From the NCBI RefSeq assembly GCF_009914755.1, contig NC_060931.1: a DNA stretch of 64,000 bases; one strand, 5' to 3'. The DNA is from the human T2T-CHM13v2.0 reference genome, Homo sapiens. Under the pieces are notes generated by a model. That model was given only the letters and a program-made list of their open reading frames with translations, ran no database searches and was not told where the DNA came from. Below, piece after piece: positions 1-14,545 of the stretch; the stretch's first letter is position 1; each line of letters starts with the position of its first letter. A program made the position numbers and the translations under genes.

Positions 1-1755
1 AAATAAGTTTAATGAGTCAGTGATTGAGTTTCAGATGTGGGCTTAATAAAGCTGAGTTACTTATGAGTTAAAATTATTCAAAAATAATATGTATCTCCTT
101 GAAAGGGATATTAGAGGCCCATAACCCAGAAAGCTTTTAAACACCTTCTGAATGATTTCATCCGTTAGAGATATTGGAGATATTGGATGGGATCCCTGTT
201 CTGGGTGAGAAGTGACCAAGAAGAATTCCCTTTCAAGTCTAAGATTCTATGACTGTTAAATTAGTCTGGGGATAAAGGACTGTTGGGCAGGTGTCTGCAG
301 TCACAGTGATGCAAAACTGCCATTGGCACCTACAATTTTGCTGCCTTTAGTCAGGCCCTTACACACCACAAAGAGGCAGACGTATATATCCTTGGCAGCT
401 CCTACAAAGCCAGCCCTTCCCAGGCACCCTTCCCTCCTGCTTCCCTCTAATGTTTCTATGTCCCTTCCCATAACAGCTTGCTACAGAAATGCCCCATGAG
501 TCCAGTGAATCTCACTTCTACTTCAGCCTCTTTTTAACAGTTAATTTAGTCAGTTTTATTGTTACTAAACCATAACAGACAAAGGTATAACTGTTAAAAA
601 CACACCTGTCTCTGGACACAGAACCATCCAAGCCCATGGGACAAGGGTTAAAAATTTGACACCCTATTTTTAACAACTGATCAACCCCTTCTTTTTTTAT
701 TCCCGATATTGAAAGCCATATAGCATGTTTAAGCATTTAAGAAGCTTAATAGATTATAGCTCTGAGATTCCATGCGGCAGCAGAATGTCAGCCTGGAGGC
801 AAGAGGAACTGAAGTACAGCCCTGGCCAGTCTTCCAAATCAATGGCCATTAGAAAGAAAAGACTCGAAGTTAGGTGGGAGGGGAAAACCCAGTAAGAAAA
901 GAGGATCAGGGAGGATAAAAAGTGCAAAAAGATCGACTGGGGCTCCAAAATCAGGAAGAAGGACGTGAAAATAAAGAAGGGAACCATTCCTTTCACAGGA
1001 AGAAATGTAATCAAGGGTTTGTTAAAAAGAAAATGACAGACAGGTAAGCCTCAAGAGAGCAATGTTAGACCCAGGCAGAAGATAGAAGTCCAAAGGTGAT
1101 AAATTGCACTGACTGGTATCTCGAACTTAACATCTTTCTTGAGATTGTTTCAGCTGTGGTTTAGACAGTTGTTCACTGGGTGGCTGGAGACTGGTTTCAA
1201 TGCGTTTGGGAAACCAAATCCACTTTCTTCAGATGGGTACTCTTAGATTGTATAGAACAAATAAACACCTCTTAGCATGAATAAACTCCTCTCAGCAAGA
1301 ACAAAATGGAGCTATACATGAACATTAGTTTGGCTTTATCTTTTGAAATGGCAGGTTTCTGGAAATGAAAACAGGGAAACTTTTTCTTCATTAAAAACAA
1401 AATTGTTTTTCCAACACCGTGAGGCTGAATTCTGCTGAATATAAAAAGCTTATGGAGGATGTCAACAAATTTCCCTGTTTTTGAGAGGGAGGCACTAGGC
1501 ATAGATGTCAGTGAGAGAAGAGGGGACATACATTTCTCCCACTGACATGCATGACTCAAGAAGCTGCAGCTTGTGTTTGTTCTTTGAAGGTGGACACACA
1601 TGCAGAATGCCAGAGAGGAGAAACAGTTGGAAGTTTGGGGGACTTATGTGGAACCTTACCAACGAGATGATTGCTCCCTTTAAAAATAACTTTTCTCAAT
1701 GGAAATCTCAATACAAAACAGGAAATCAACTTATGACATTGGCAAGAGGACTTAC
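1..1755 (-). other. SLC13A1: SLC13A1 intron 2 (partial, continues past the window start)
   Basis: Begins with the GTAAGT donor after exon 2. I did not recognise exon 3 (VASAYFKDF...) in 1-1750. Confidence 0.85.
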
Positions 1756-1884
1756 CTTCTTAGAAGGCATGATCCCAAACATGGGTAACATTAAACTAGG
1801 TAGCAAAGCTGTTACCGACAGAGGCAATGCTTCTGTGAGCCAAAATGTGGCGACCACAAAGAGTGTGTAGGCACATTCTGCTTC
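1756..1884 (-). CDS. SLC13A1: SLC13A1 coding exon 2, EAECAYTLFVVATFWLTEALPLSVTALLPSLMLPMFGIMPSKK
   Basis: Lies inside ORF 1726..1908(-) and carries the DASS/SLC13 motif W-x-TEALPLxVTALLP. Acceptor ttgttcttaccAG|GAA (AG at 1886-1885), donor AAG|GTAAGT (1755-1750). 129 nt, phase 0-0, in frame with exon 1. Confidence 0.97.
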
Positions 1885-4389
1885 CTGGTAAGAACAAATG
1901 CAAAGCAAAAGGTGATATTATGAGGCTGGAGAAGTCAACATTCAAACACAAACATGTTTGCTTAATAGAGCCATGTCACAGAGAACGTAAGAAGATCTGA
2001 AGACCTCTGCATCTTTGAGTTGCCCTCAAATACTCATTTCTTAGAAGTTCTAAGAAGCAAAATTTAATAAACATAAAAAACTAAAGGGAGAAAAAAATCC
2101 CCATTCATTACATTTATTTCACATTTCCCTCAAAAGAGATAATCTAGTCCATTTTCTTGCTCATATTAGTGTATATAGATGTTTCTACTCACTTTCCTTT
2201 GGCCTATAAAATGCACTCCCCCATACTTCCAGAGTACAGAAATAGCCAAGTTACAGCCTTTCCCCTGGGGGCAGGATACCTGCCTTTTAAATGCATTCCT
2301 TGGTGCCTGGTTGAGTGGGACCTAAGCACTCCTGCCTTCCTCTCCTTCTAACTAAAAGGGGAAAACCAACCTAGGAGAAACCTTTGCCGTACTGTGTCTC
2401 AGAGAAAAGACATGACAAGTTGTGTGGCATGGAAGAGCCTGAATGCTACTCTTAATAGAATCTGTTGCTTTGCTTAGTATAAAACTATAGGTTCATGTTT
2501 TAGGGCATTGTTAAGAGATGGTCAAAATTTATCATTATATTTAACTTATATAGATAACTTTGGTATGAAATCACCTGGAACGTTCTAAGTCTTTAGTAAA
2601 GGTTAGCAGCTATCAAATGGTGCTATTTTGCTCTCACAGTGCTTACTCTCTGCAAATTCTGAGTTGCATTTGAAAAATTTACAAAAACTGCTGTTTAGGT
2701 TGAATGAAGTTATTAAGCTTTTATTTTTGTCTGGCACTACTGCTGTCTGATTCAACTGCCTCAGGGTGAGTCCTTGGGGCTTGGGATTTACTTGACCAGC
2801 ATCCCTACACTTCCAGTGCATTTCTAAGATATCCTTAATAAGCCAGGATTAGGCAGTACCTTTATTGTGTTATCTATTTAAAGGAGAAAGAATGAAAGTG
2901 TTTTGATGTTGACAGTTTCATACAGAGTCTGCTTCTACCATCTTGATAAACAATAAAACAACAAAACAAAGCTGAGCCTTGAATGGATCTTCCTGAACAG
3001 CTCTAGAGAGAATTGTGTATACTAGCTTAAATTAAAATGCCAGCATGGAAGAAAGGTTGTGCATTTTCTCTTAATGAGAACACATGGATAGCCTGAAAGT
3101 TCCTGTTATGACTTTATGTTTTCCATCATACTTGTAAGAACCTAGGTTGCAGAGATAAAATGGACCACTTTTAATCTTGCTCTCTAGTTACAACTAGCCA
3201 CTATCTTGATCCTATTTATTCCCCAGTCATTATATCTCTCAAATCTGCCCCTCCACCCACTTCCTCCACTGCAGGCAAGACTATTCCAATATCAGGTCAC
3301 TTTCCAAGAATCCATTTTGTATTTGGCATTCCCTTACAGAAAGCCAGATACAGGTCTAGCCACCCTGACAACTATCTGGAGCACCAATCTATGAGGGTCT
3401 GCTAAAACATCAAAAAATAAATAGAATACATAGTGCTAGCTGGTTCTGTTCACCATATACACCCCCTGCCTTAAGTGTTGAACATCCATGTCAACATGGG
3501 CCTTTGGGTGGAGAGTCATAGTCCACTAAGATGGCACAACTTTGGTGACAGAATAAAAAGCAAAATTTCAATAATCACATTATTACCTGGCCCAGAATAC
3601 TTCCATATTTTAAGTGGCTCAGCCCTGACTGAAATCAACCAAAAGTCAGTGACTTTTAGTTGTTTATTGAAAATAATTGAAGAATCCTCATTTTGCATTC
3701 AAACCCACCTTCACTTTGACTATAATGTCTTATCACAACACCTCCTGACATCAATTTTCTATATCCAAAGAATCTTCTTTACACACTTCCTTGATATTTG
3801 AGTTCTGATCCTTGCTCCTCATAATGCATCCCTTTCTCTGAACTCTAATTCATAGTATTCAGCCAGTTGGTATACCAACAAGCCCCCAGATCCTTTATGT
3901 GCTAGTTTCTACCTGTCTGAGCTCACATTCTAGACCCTTTGACCGTGTTTGATCATTTGGATGAAGCAGTCACAAGCTGATAGCCAAGTCTGGCAAGGCA
4001 ATTCTATATATTTGATTCACAGTGTTATAAGTCTATGTGCTTAATTTGAGTCAAGATTTACAAATCAGCAGATTTAATGTTAAAAAATAAAGTCTGAATT
4101 CCTGCCTTCTCTTAACAAACTGAGATATTTGGTAACACTGGGATCATATTCTTCCATGGCAACAGTTCTCCAGGGTCACCTTTAGAGATTGACTTGTATT
4201 TTTTCAGTTCTATACAGTACTACTACATTACTTCACTCATTCTCTTACCTCCTCAACTTTTGTCAGCATTTTAGTAAAATATCTGGTAGGAAAAAGGTTG
4301 CCTATTTGCTCCGCCTTTCAAATATTGCTTTGTCATTCAAGAATCAACACTTAGATTGTGCATTTGGACTTCTCCCCTCTCTGCCCCTC

Positions 4390-4543
4390 TGCCTGGTCCA
4401 TGAACCAGCAGCGTCAGCATAATCTGGGCACTTGTGAGAAATGTAGGACATCAAGCCCTTCCCCAGACACACTGAATCAATCAGCATTTTCAGGCTCACA
4501 AGGTGATCCTTATCTAGGTTAAAGTTTGAGAAGCACTGGGCTA
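4390..4543. mobile_element. MER5A-like hAT-Charlie MITE
   Basis: ccagcagc.tcagcat..ctgg...ttgtgagaaatg...ccccagac..actgaatc...agtttgagaagcactg. Confidence 0.6.
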
Positions 4544-4922
4544 CATCCTTTTCCAGACCTTCCCTTTCATCTTTAAATCTGGTTCCATACACTTGCTTCC
4601 AAGTAGTTTCCTTTTGCCTAAGCTGAATCCCTGGATTCATAACCCATTTGTAAAACTTGTCTACCTTTTGATTTGCAGTTCAAATTTATGTCTCATCATG
4701 GAGTTTACCTTGAACACACATGTGCATTTTGTATTTTTTCCTAGGAGTCCCAGTGGATTATAATTTCAGCTAGCTAAGGCACCATATCTGCATGTCTTTG
4801 ATAGCTGCCTTCCCAGAATTTGTGAAAATTGCCCCCTTTTTTCACATCTGAAGAAAACCAAAGGTCTGGAAAAGGAGGAAGACAGAGTTATTCCCCTCTG
4901 AATGCTATTTTTTTATCCTTAT

Positions 4923-6566
4923 TTTTTTAATTGACATGTAAAATTGTATGTACTGTATTTATCATGTACAACATGGTGCTTTGAAGTATCTATGCATAGT
5001 GGAATGACTAAGTCTAGCTAATTAATATGTGCATTACCTCACATCATTATTATCTTTGTGCTGAGAACACTTTATATCCACTCTTTTTAGCATTTTTCAA
5101 GAGTACATAATGTTATTAACTACAGTCACCATGTTGTACAATAAATCTCTCAAGCTTATTCTTTCTATCTTTTGACTAACATCTCTTTAACCCTGACACC
5201 TGATCTCCCCAGACCCTGGAAACCACAAGTTCACTCTCCACTTCTATGAGATCAACTTTTTTAGATTCCACATGACTGACATCACATGCTATTTGTCTTC
5301 CTGTCCCTGGCTTATTTCATTTAACATATATCCTTCAGGTTCATACATGTTGTAACAAATGACAGGATTTTCTTCATTTTATGGCTGAATAGTATTTCAT
5401 TCTGTCTCTGTCTCTCTCTCTCCATGTGTGTGTTTGTGTGCAAGTGCATGTGTGAGTGTGTGTGTGTGTGTATACATACCATATTTTCTTTATCCATTCA
5501 TCTGTTGATGAACACTTAGGTTGATTCCATATCTTGGCTATTGTGACTAGTGCAGCAATAAACATGGGAGTGCAGATATCTCCTCAACATACTGATTTCA
5601 TTTCCTTTGGGTATATATCCAGTAATGACATTGCTGGATCATACAGTAGTTCTATTTTTAATTTTTTGAGGGAATGCTGTGTTATTTTTCATAATGGCTG
5701 TACTAAGTTACATTTCTGCAAACAGTGTTCACATCCTGGCCAACACTTGTTATAATAGCCATTCTAACAAAGGTGAGATAATATCTCACTGTGGCTTTAG
5801 TTTGTATTTCCCAGAAGAGTGATGTCGAGCATTTTTTCATGTACCTGTTTGCCATATGTATGCCTTCTTTTGAAAAGTCTATTCAAAATTTTTTGCTTAT
5901 TTTTCAATTGGGTTATTTGCTTTCTTGCTATTGAGTTGTTTGAATTCCTTATGTATTTTTGATATTAATCTCTTATCAGATGAATATTTTATCCTATTCT
6001 ATAGGTTGTCTTTTCACTTTTGATTTTGTTTGCAGTGAAGAAGTTTTATTAGTATAATGTAATCCCATTTGTCTATTTTTGCTTTTGTTGCTGTGCTTTT
6101 GAGGTCATATCCAAAAAACTCATTGTCTAGGTCAATGTCATGGAGCTATTCCCCTGTTTTGTATTCTAGTAGTTTCATAGTTTTTGGTCTTACATTTAAT
6201 TAATTAATTCATTTTGAGTTGATTTTTGCATATAGTGAGATATATGGGTCTGATTTCATTCTTCTGCAGGTGGATATTTAGTTTCACTAACACCATTTAT
6301 TGAAGAGATTCTCCTTTTCCCATTGTGTGTTCTTGGCACCTTTGCTGAAAATCAGTTGGCTGTAAATGTAGAGAATTATTTCTGGCTTCTCTATGGTTTA
6401 ATTGGTCCACATGTCTGTTTTTATGCCACTGCCATGCTGTTTTGGTTCCTATAGCTTTGTAGTATATTTTGAAATCAGGTAGTGTGATGCCCCCCAGCTT
6501 TGTTCTTTTTGTTCAAGATTGCTCTAACTATTTGGGGTCTTTTGTTTCAATACAAATTTTAGGATC
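4923..6566 (-). mobile_element. L1MA-type LINE-1 3' fragment with internal (TC)/(TG) microsatellite
   Basis: L1 3'UTR/ORF2-end sequence; ORF 5374..5565(-) reads MFIAAL.TIAK.WNQPKC.STDEWIKK.W (L1 ORF2 C-terminus). Confidence 0.85.
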
Positions 6567-8782
6567 GTTTGAGAGCTCTTTAATGGGTAGGGTAGCCATC
6601 TGCCCCAGTTTTCTCAGGACAGTGTTATTGTAGAGTTTCCTTTCTCATTAGTATTTCCTTTCATTTTCAAAAGCGTCCCTCTTTGGCTGATAAATTAAAC
6701 AAGCATCCTATTGATGGGTTCATCCCAGGAATGCTTCCTTCCTCTAATTCCTTTTCTCTATTGTGTGATTTTTCTTGGTCGTGCTTGGGTATGTGAAAGA
6801 ATGCAGGAAAGCATTCTTTCCCTTCAAAGTCCTTAGGCATTAAATAGCAGAAGGTTAATTCAAACACAACACCAAGTATTTTCTTTTAAAACTATCCTAT
6901 TAAAGTATATAGGGTTATTTTTTACTTTAAAATCAAAGATCTGTGAATAATCTTGCTAAGAAGAAGAAAAGTATAAGAGATAGAAAAAAAAACAACCATT
7001 TTCTTCTTTTGTGTTATTCACATCTATTCACACATGCACACAAAGAATACGAGGGTGAGTAACTTTTGGTGGACAAGTTCTTCTGATGAAGAAGAAAACT
7101 ACTCAGAGGTTGTGGAACTGTGTTGCAACTAAAAAGAGATCCTAGATATTTGATTTTAGGACTGGCTTTGAGGTAGAACATAAAGTAGCTTCATTTTGTC
7201 ACTAGAAACTCATAGAGTGACCAATTGTTTCAAGCTATATTATCTTTGTCTCCTGTAAATTTCTTCCAAATTTGTCTCTTTCCTCTTTTTCTTCACCTTA
7301 ACAGACCTCCTACTCCTAAGAAATAAAACCACCACAAATTGTTTACCACCATTACACACAATCACTACTACTACTACCTCCTCAAGAGAACGATGGTAAA
7401 ACAGCAATAAAAGAAGACCAGTTGTCAATTAAGAGTATGAGTGAATCCTTCCTCCCCCACAACCTACCCCCAAGTCTGCTGGAAGTTGCTGATACATCCG
7501 ATATCGTTATTACAACTTACTCTGCAACCGTAACAAGTAAACGTTTTAATCACATTTTGTTCTGAAGTATTTTAGTATTATGAATTCTTAAACTGAATGA
7601 TAGCAACAAAAATAATGTGTACTTTTATCTTGTTTATTTATCATGAAGGACATAACTGTAAAGATTTACAGTTATGACTACCACTGACCTTACAATTTTT
7701 TTTTTTTTAAATCATGATTCCTTCTCAAAATAAAGAAAGAGAAAAGAGGGGAAAAAAAAAAGTCCAGAGGACTTCCTCAAAAATACTACTTTTCTACTTA
7801 AAAATCTCTGTACGTGTTACGACTCCCAAAAGTTACATCAAGAAGTTCAGCAAACAAGTCACACCTAGCCAGACAGAGGCAATTGTGTGGAAACCAGGTG
7901 AAATTCCATTAGATCATAGGCAATGTCATGTCGCTTAACCCTGGATACCTGCTCTGTATGTATACACTGCACCTCTTTGGCTCATTCATGGCAGCTCCGT
8001 CTTTCCTATTATAAGATTTCCTCACACTACCAGAGACATGAAGTTATTATAGTATGGGCAGTTCCTCGTCCCTTAAATTAAAAAATATATATATTAGAAG
8101 CTTTTTAGCAGTGTATTCTTTAGAAGCATTTTCAAAATTATAAAATATTTAGAACATAGTAAAAATATACAACAAACATATTTGTACACCTTATCATATT
8201 TAACAAATGTTGACACTTTGCCACATTTGCTTAAATTATTTTTAAACAAATAAAACATTCCATATTCTGTTAAAGACTGATGTTAAGGACCACTCCCTCA
8301 TTTCCTTCTCCTCCACCATTCCCAAAGTTAACTACTGTCTAGAATGTGGTTTGTATCCTTTCCATTCATGTTTTTGTGATTATACTACATGCAGACATTA
8401 ATACATTAATAACAAGTGGTTTTAAAATTAAATAAGGTTTACTCTATATGTCACTTTGCAACTTGCTTTTTTCACTCAATATTTTATGTACTTCAAATAC
8501 ATTCATGTTGATACATGTAGATTTATTGTTACTTCATTTTAATAGATGTAGTATTTCTTTTTATGAATATTTTACCATTTATTTGTCTGTTTTTCTACTG
8601 ATGTTTGTTTGGATTTTTTCCCCAATATTTTATTATTATAAGGCTATGGACATCTTTGTACCTATCTCCACATGCATGTCTATGGAAAATAGATTTTCTT
8701 AGCTGGTGGAGAAAACTAGCATCAGAACTTCAAACGGGAAGGAGTCCATTGGAACTTTACTAGATATTGCCCATTTGCTATC

Positions 8783-9146
8783 TGACATGGTTAGGCTTTT
8801 TGTCCCCACCCAAATCTCATCTTGAATTGTAATCTCCATGCTACCCAGGTGTCAAGGGAGAAACCAGGTGGAGGTAATTGAATAATGGGCGCAGTTTCCC
8901 CCATGCTGTCCTCATAATAGTGAGTGAGTTCTCATGAGATCTGATGGTTTTATAAGGGGCTCTTCCCCCTTAATTTGGCACTTCTCCTTCCTGCTGCCTT
9001 GTGAAGAAGTTGCCTCACTTCCCCTTCCACCATTATTGTAAGTTTCTTGAGGCCTCCCAGTCACGCTGAGTCAATTAAACCTCATTCCTTTATAAATTAC
9101 CCAGTCTCGGGCAGTTCTTTATAGCACTATGAAAATCGACTAAGAA
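8783..9146 (+). mobile_element. THE1D-like MaLR solo LTR
   Basis: tgacatggttaggct..gtccccacccaaatctcatcttgaattgtaat ... caattaaacctc..cctttataaattacccagtctcgggcagttctttatagc. Confidence 0.85.
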
Positions 9147-9605
9147 GCTGAGATGGTCATACTAGTTTATATTAACACCAACAATGTTCAGAAATTCCAT
9201 TTCACCATCCTTGGTATATGGGATTAATTTATTCATTTGACAGTCTGATGGTATGAAAAAATCTTCTTATTTAATTTCCATGTTCTTGAATACCAGTGGA
9301 GTATTTTCACAGTTATTGAACATAATTGTTTCTCTTCTGTAAATTATATATTTATAGTTCTTTTTCATTTTTCTGTTGGGTTATTTTTTCTTTTATCTCA
9401 TGGATTTGTGGAGTTATTTTTAGATTCTTAATATTATTTCTCTATAAACTATGTATTTGTAAACATTTTTCTTAGTCTCTGGCTTGTCTATGAAATTAGC
9501 TTTATTGTATTTTTAATTGACAGGAGGATTTTAATTTTAATGCAGTGATTTTAAACACTTTTCTGTTGTCTCATGTTTTTACCATATTTTATAAGAAAAT
9601 CTTTC

Positions 9606-9924
<319 letters not shown>

Positions 9925-10941
9925 TTATATATTTCCATATTTTTTCTAAGATTAAAATTTTTTCAAGTGTAGAGCTTTAATATTTTTGTATAGGAATCTA
10001 ACACTTTTTTTTTCTCAAAATGAATAGCCAAAGTGCCATGCTTTTTAAATTGAATGAGCTCATTTTTGCCTAGTAATTCATGTTGCTACATATTTTCTAT
10101 GCTGAAGTTCTCAAATGCAGACACATAAGCTTCTGGTCTCTTTATTTTGTCCTCTCCCTCTCCCACTGCTGCCTTCTAAAAATAAGTTCTTACAGAATTA
10201 TGCTCTTTTAACATTTCTAACCTTTCAATAAGGTTTACAATCTGTATGACAACTCCTTCATCTTATATGTTTTTCAAATTGCCTTAATAGTGTTAGATTT
10301 TCATTCTTTCTTTTGAATTTTAAAATTACTATCTCAAGTTATAAAAATTTTATTCAGATTTTCATTCAAATTACACAGAATCTATGAAGTAAGATATAGC
10401 TTTAAGTATTTCTATCTATGAACTTCTCTATTCTTTTAGGTGTCTATTAAATTTCTTCTATAATGTTTTGTAGATTTCTCCAGAAAGGTCTATTATATAT
10501 TTATTAGATGTTTTCATTATTATTGAAATGAAAAATTTATCTAATTACAATCCTTTTGGAGATTTTTTTCTTCTCTATTTGGAAGCTTTAAAAAATTCAC
10601 CTTATTTTTAATCTGAAGTCTCATTCCTGATGTGCCTAAATATGGACTAATATCTAATTAAGTTGTTTGTACTTACAAATGCATTTGAGAGCTCATCTTT
10701 TTTAAAAAAATTCTGGAGAATTCAGTAATTATTACTTTGAATATGACTTCTTTTCTAGTCTTTCATTTTCGGTAATGTCTTTTATACATATGTTGGGGCT
10801 CTGAATTCATTCTCCAAATGATTCTCTCACTTAAAGATATCCTTTTATATTCTATTTGATATTTTAGGTAAATTCCTAGTATTCTTTCTCAGTTCACTGA
10901 ATATATCTTCAAGGATACTCAGTTTAAAGTTTATTTCATCT

Positions 10942-11581
10942 TGTAGTATACTATAAGAGACATACCCTGGTTATAAGATTAATGATAGCCATAAGGCTTA
11001 TTCAGGCATCTTGCTGATACTACATGTCACGTAGCAGTATGTCACAGAGTAGGGTTGACACTAAGTGTCACTTAGCAATGTGATGCAGACTGGCTTGGGG
11101 ATTTCCAACCTTGGCCTGGGGATTTCCAGGAGACAAGGCTACCTCAGATGCAACTTTCATAAACAAAAAAGGCTTACTCTTTCCAGAATTGTTTAAACTC
11201 CCTTTATGAGAGAAATGGCTGGTAACTCACCTGGGCTGAGTACAAGCATAAGTAAGGGGGAAGGGTCCTTTAAATTCTGAGACTGGTCACTGGACGGAGG
11301 CCCTCCTGGTCAGTCAGTCATCTGACTGCATCTGGCCCATGCCACTGGCCTGCTCTTCATCTTCATCTTGGAAAAGTCAGAATAAGCTGTTGAGCATTAG
11401 AATAAGCTGTCTAAGACTCATATTTGACATTAACCAAATGAAAAAGGAGAAGCTGTTGAGAATAAGCTGTTGAGCATTAGAGTGTCTAAGACTCATCTTT
11501 GACATGAATCAAATGAAAAAGGAGAAGTTGCCCCTGGGGAAGCTGGTTAACTAGGACCACCCAGGAGCCTCAAACATGACA
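10942..11581 (+). mobile_element. Solo LTR, probably ERVL class (family not identified)
   Basis: TG...CA ends with 5-bp TSD CATCT (10937-10941 and 11582-11586); GC-richer than the flanks. Orientation inferred from AATAAG-like signals near the right end. Confidence 0.65.
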
Positions 11582-12419
11582 CATCTATTGAGGATTTTGT
11601 TTGTTTTTTTAATCTCAGTGACAAAATTCCAGGATATCTAACTAGTTTTATTTTATACTTTCCTGCTCTTGCTTTATATTTTGAAAAATAATTTGTTTCT
11701 CTTTTTTTGTTTTTTTCCTTTCCTAACTTGTTGATTTCCCTATTATTTTCATTTCTTCTGAGCGGATTTTGTCAGTCTTTCTTTAGTGTCTTATTGTATT
11801 TTGAAATTTTATTTTCAAATTTATTCTGAGTGGTAGCTTTATTCTTGTGTTTTCTTCTTCTGCACTCCTTGTTTCTCATCTAGCACTTTTACAGTTGCTT
11901 CCAGCCAGTTCCTAGTTCCTGGTTCAGATGGGTCTTATCTTGACACCCTAGAGTTCTTTTCTTGCCAGCATAACATGGATCCAGTCATCTAGCTGAGTTG
12001 GGTAGTATGGGTGAGGTCTTGGCTGGGGAGCTGGGCAGTGTTTGCTTCCTGTGAGCCATCATAGCCAGCGATCAATCCAGCTCTTTCTGTCCTTCACAGG
12101 TTTGAGAAAACCATTTTCCAGCCCTTAGTTTCTGGCATTTAACCTGACTCTGGTCCCTGAATGGCATGGGAGTGCTTTCAACCACAGGTTTCCACATTCA
12201 TGCCACTTGTTTGCTTTTCTGACTCATTCTGATCTACAGAGATCTTTATTTGCTTTGTGTTTCCAATGGAGAAAGAGCTTGGGAAGGGAGGATCCTAATT
12301 GTCTAAAACCTCATCTAGACTGTTGATCATAGACTTTATATATAGAAAAACTTATTTAAGATGTGAAAATATTTGCCAAGTAGACAGATAAACCTGTTTT
12401 CTGACTTACTATAGGATGG

Positions 12420-12600
12420 GCAAGTAATACTCATGAATGCTTATAATGTGCCAGATAACAACACTTGGCACTCCACATGACATTTTATTTAACCCTCGCC
12501 AAGATTCTTTGGGGTAGATATTGTAATTCCATGCTGAACTAAGGTTCAACGATCACACTGCTAGCGTGTGGTAGAGTTGAGATTTGTCCATGTATAAACT
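12420..12600 (-). mobile_element. MIR fragment
   Basis: aatgcttataatgtgccaga...ttatttaaccctc...gatcacactgctag..tgtggtagagttgagattt. Confidence 0.5.
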
Positions 12601-14147
12601 CTATCAGAGTATATATTTTTAAAATTTACTACCCTGTTCCCAACATTTAAAGCAGTACTTGGCATAGAGTATACGGTCAGTAACATATTTGAGTGAGTAA
12701 GGTTCTTCTTTCTGTTCTTTCTAATATTGTTTGTATTTATATATCTTATAAAACACTAAATCTTTATCTTAGGCATAAGGTTCCTTAGCATAGAAACTTC
12801 TTTCTCTTTGCCTTGTTCCCTTTTCTCTGTTCTCTCCTCCTTGCCTGGAACTGGATATTTTGACTCCTGCCCCAGTGGGTGAATGTGTTTACAATTTTCC
12901 TGCAGCCCTCATCTCTCTTGCTAATAAACAGCACTGGAACTAAAATGTCCACCTGCATAGGTGAATTCCTCCATCACAGACATTCCCACTTACCCAGCCC
13001 CCAGTTAAAAATATCATAGTCATATCTTGTCTTAACCACCTCAAGTGCACAGCTAGGGCACTTGCTGAAGGGGTGAAAAAGGCAAAGAAAGCTATGACTA
13101 GGCAATTTGGATAATGACTTTTTCCTCCTTACAAAGTTCTGACTGTCAAGTTATCTTACAAAATGTGGCTGATTACATTTAAAAATCACCTTGGTTCTCT
13201 TTTAAATTATAGCCCCACATGGAATTAGAATATAAGTTTGGCTTTAAAATATAGTTTTTTCATCTCTTCTGCTTTTTTAAATGACATACTGACTGATATT
13301 AGGGAGTAATTTGGCTGATGAATTAGTACGTATGTGGGTATGATCTCTTCTCAGCACAGCGTGAGAAAAGCAGAGCCAATCACAGACCTCAATCACTACA
13401 ATTGATTTTCTAAAGAGAACACAAAGCAATTAAAAAAGGAGAAAAATCATGCATTCTAAATCTCTGTGCTACAAGAAAAACATCATTATTATTTGACAGA
13501 GCCTGTGAAGGGCTTTGTATGGTTCTTGGTATTCCTACCCCTACTGCAGCAGTGATTTCTTAAGACTCAATTTATATTAATTGCAAAGTTTAAAGTGCTT
13601 TAAAATATCCTCATTTTGGAAGATGGATAGTAAAAATAAGTTCAACTACAAAGTCAAGGAGAAATAACTAGATGTTTTTTCTTTTCTTTTTTTTTAAGTT
13701 TTTAGCCAAAATGGATAGTAGAGAAAAGCAATTGATGGCCCACTAAACCAGTTATTGGGAAATTTTTAGTTCCTCCTTTTCACTCAACCTCCACACCTAA
13801 CCAGCACCTGAGATGCATTGTTTTCATACTCTGTACACAGTGGAACTGGAAAAAGGTACAGAAATAATCAGTTCTCCAACCTGACTACACATTTGGTTAT
13901 GATCAAAATGCAATCCATGAACTACCTGCTCCAGAATCACCTGGGGAGTTTGTTCAACGTGCAGCATCCTACACTTCACATTAAGAGTTTATGATTTTAC
14001 ACAAGTATCTCAGGTGAATCTGGGGAAGCTTATCCATAGACAACATTTGGAACTTTTTAAAAAGAGCCTTGCTCATTTTATAAATAAAAAAAAAAATCAG
14101 CCAAGGGTAGCATGTCTGAGTCACTTGGGGAATGTTTCAGAATATGC

Positions 14148-14370
14148 TATGTTAATCAGGACAGGATAAGCTATGCTGTGGCAAAAGTTCCAAAATCTCA
14201 GCAGTCTAAAACAGCCAATTATTTCTTACTTATACTATTTGTCCATCATGGGTAGAGGTTACTACGTGATCCAGGCTGAGAGAGGCATCACCTCAACCTG
14301 TGCTTTCGTGATTGCAAATGCAGGAACAATGACATAAGGCAATCTGAGCACAGCTTTTAAAGATCTGATA
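14148..14370 (-). mobile_element. Old MLT1-type MaLR LTR fragment
   Basis: gttaatcaggacaggataagctatgctgtgg...aaatctcagcagtctaaaacag...atttatttcttact. Confidence 0.45.
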
Positions 14371-14399
14371 TAAATATCATTAAATAAGCAATGACATCA

Positions 14400-14545
14400 T
14401 GAGCTTGGAAGTCAGACAGATTTGTGTTTAAGTCCTCTTGCTCCCTTTGTGGACTGTGTGACTTTGATCACATTTCTTGACCTCTCTGAGTTTCTGTTCT
14501 GTAAAATTGGGATGATATTGACTATTTCTAATTGTCGCTATGAGG
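14400..14545 (+). mobile_element. MIR fragment
   Basis: gagcttggaagtcagacaga...ctgtgtgactttg...acctctctgagtttct...ctgtaaaattgggatgat. Confidence 0.6.

Noticed and set aside
1505-1870. 121-aa + strand ORF
   Set aside because: Antisense shadow of SLC13A1 exon 2 plus intron; no recognisable homology.
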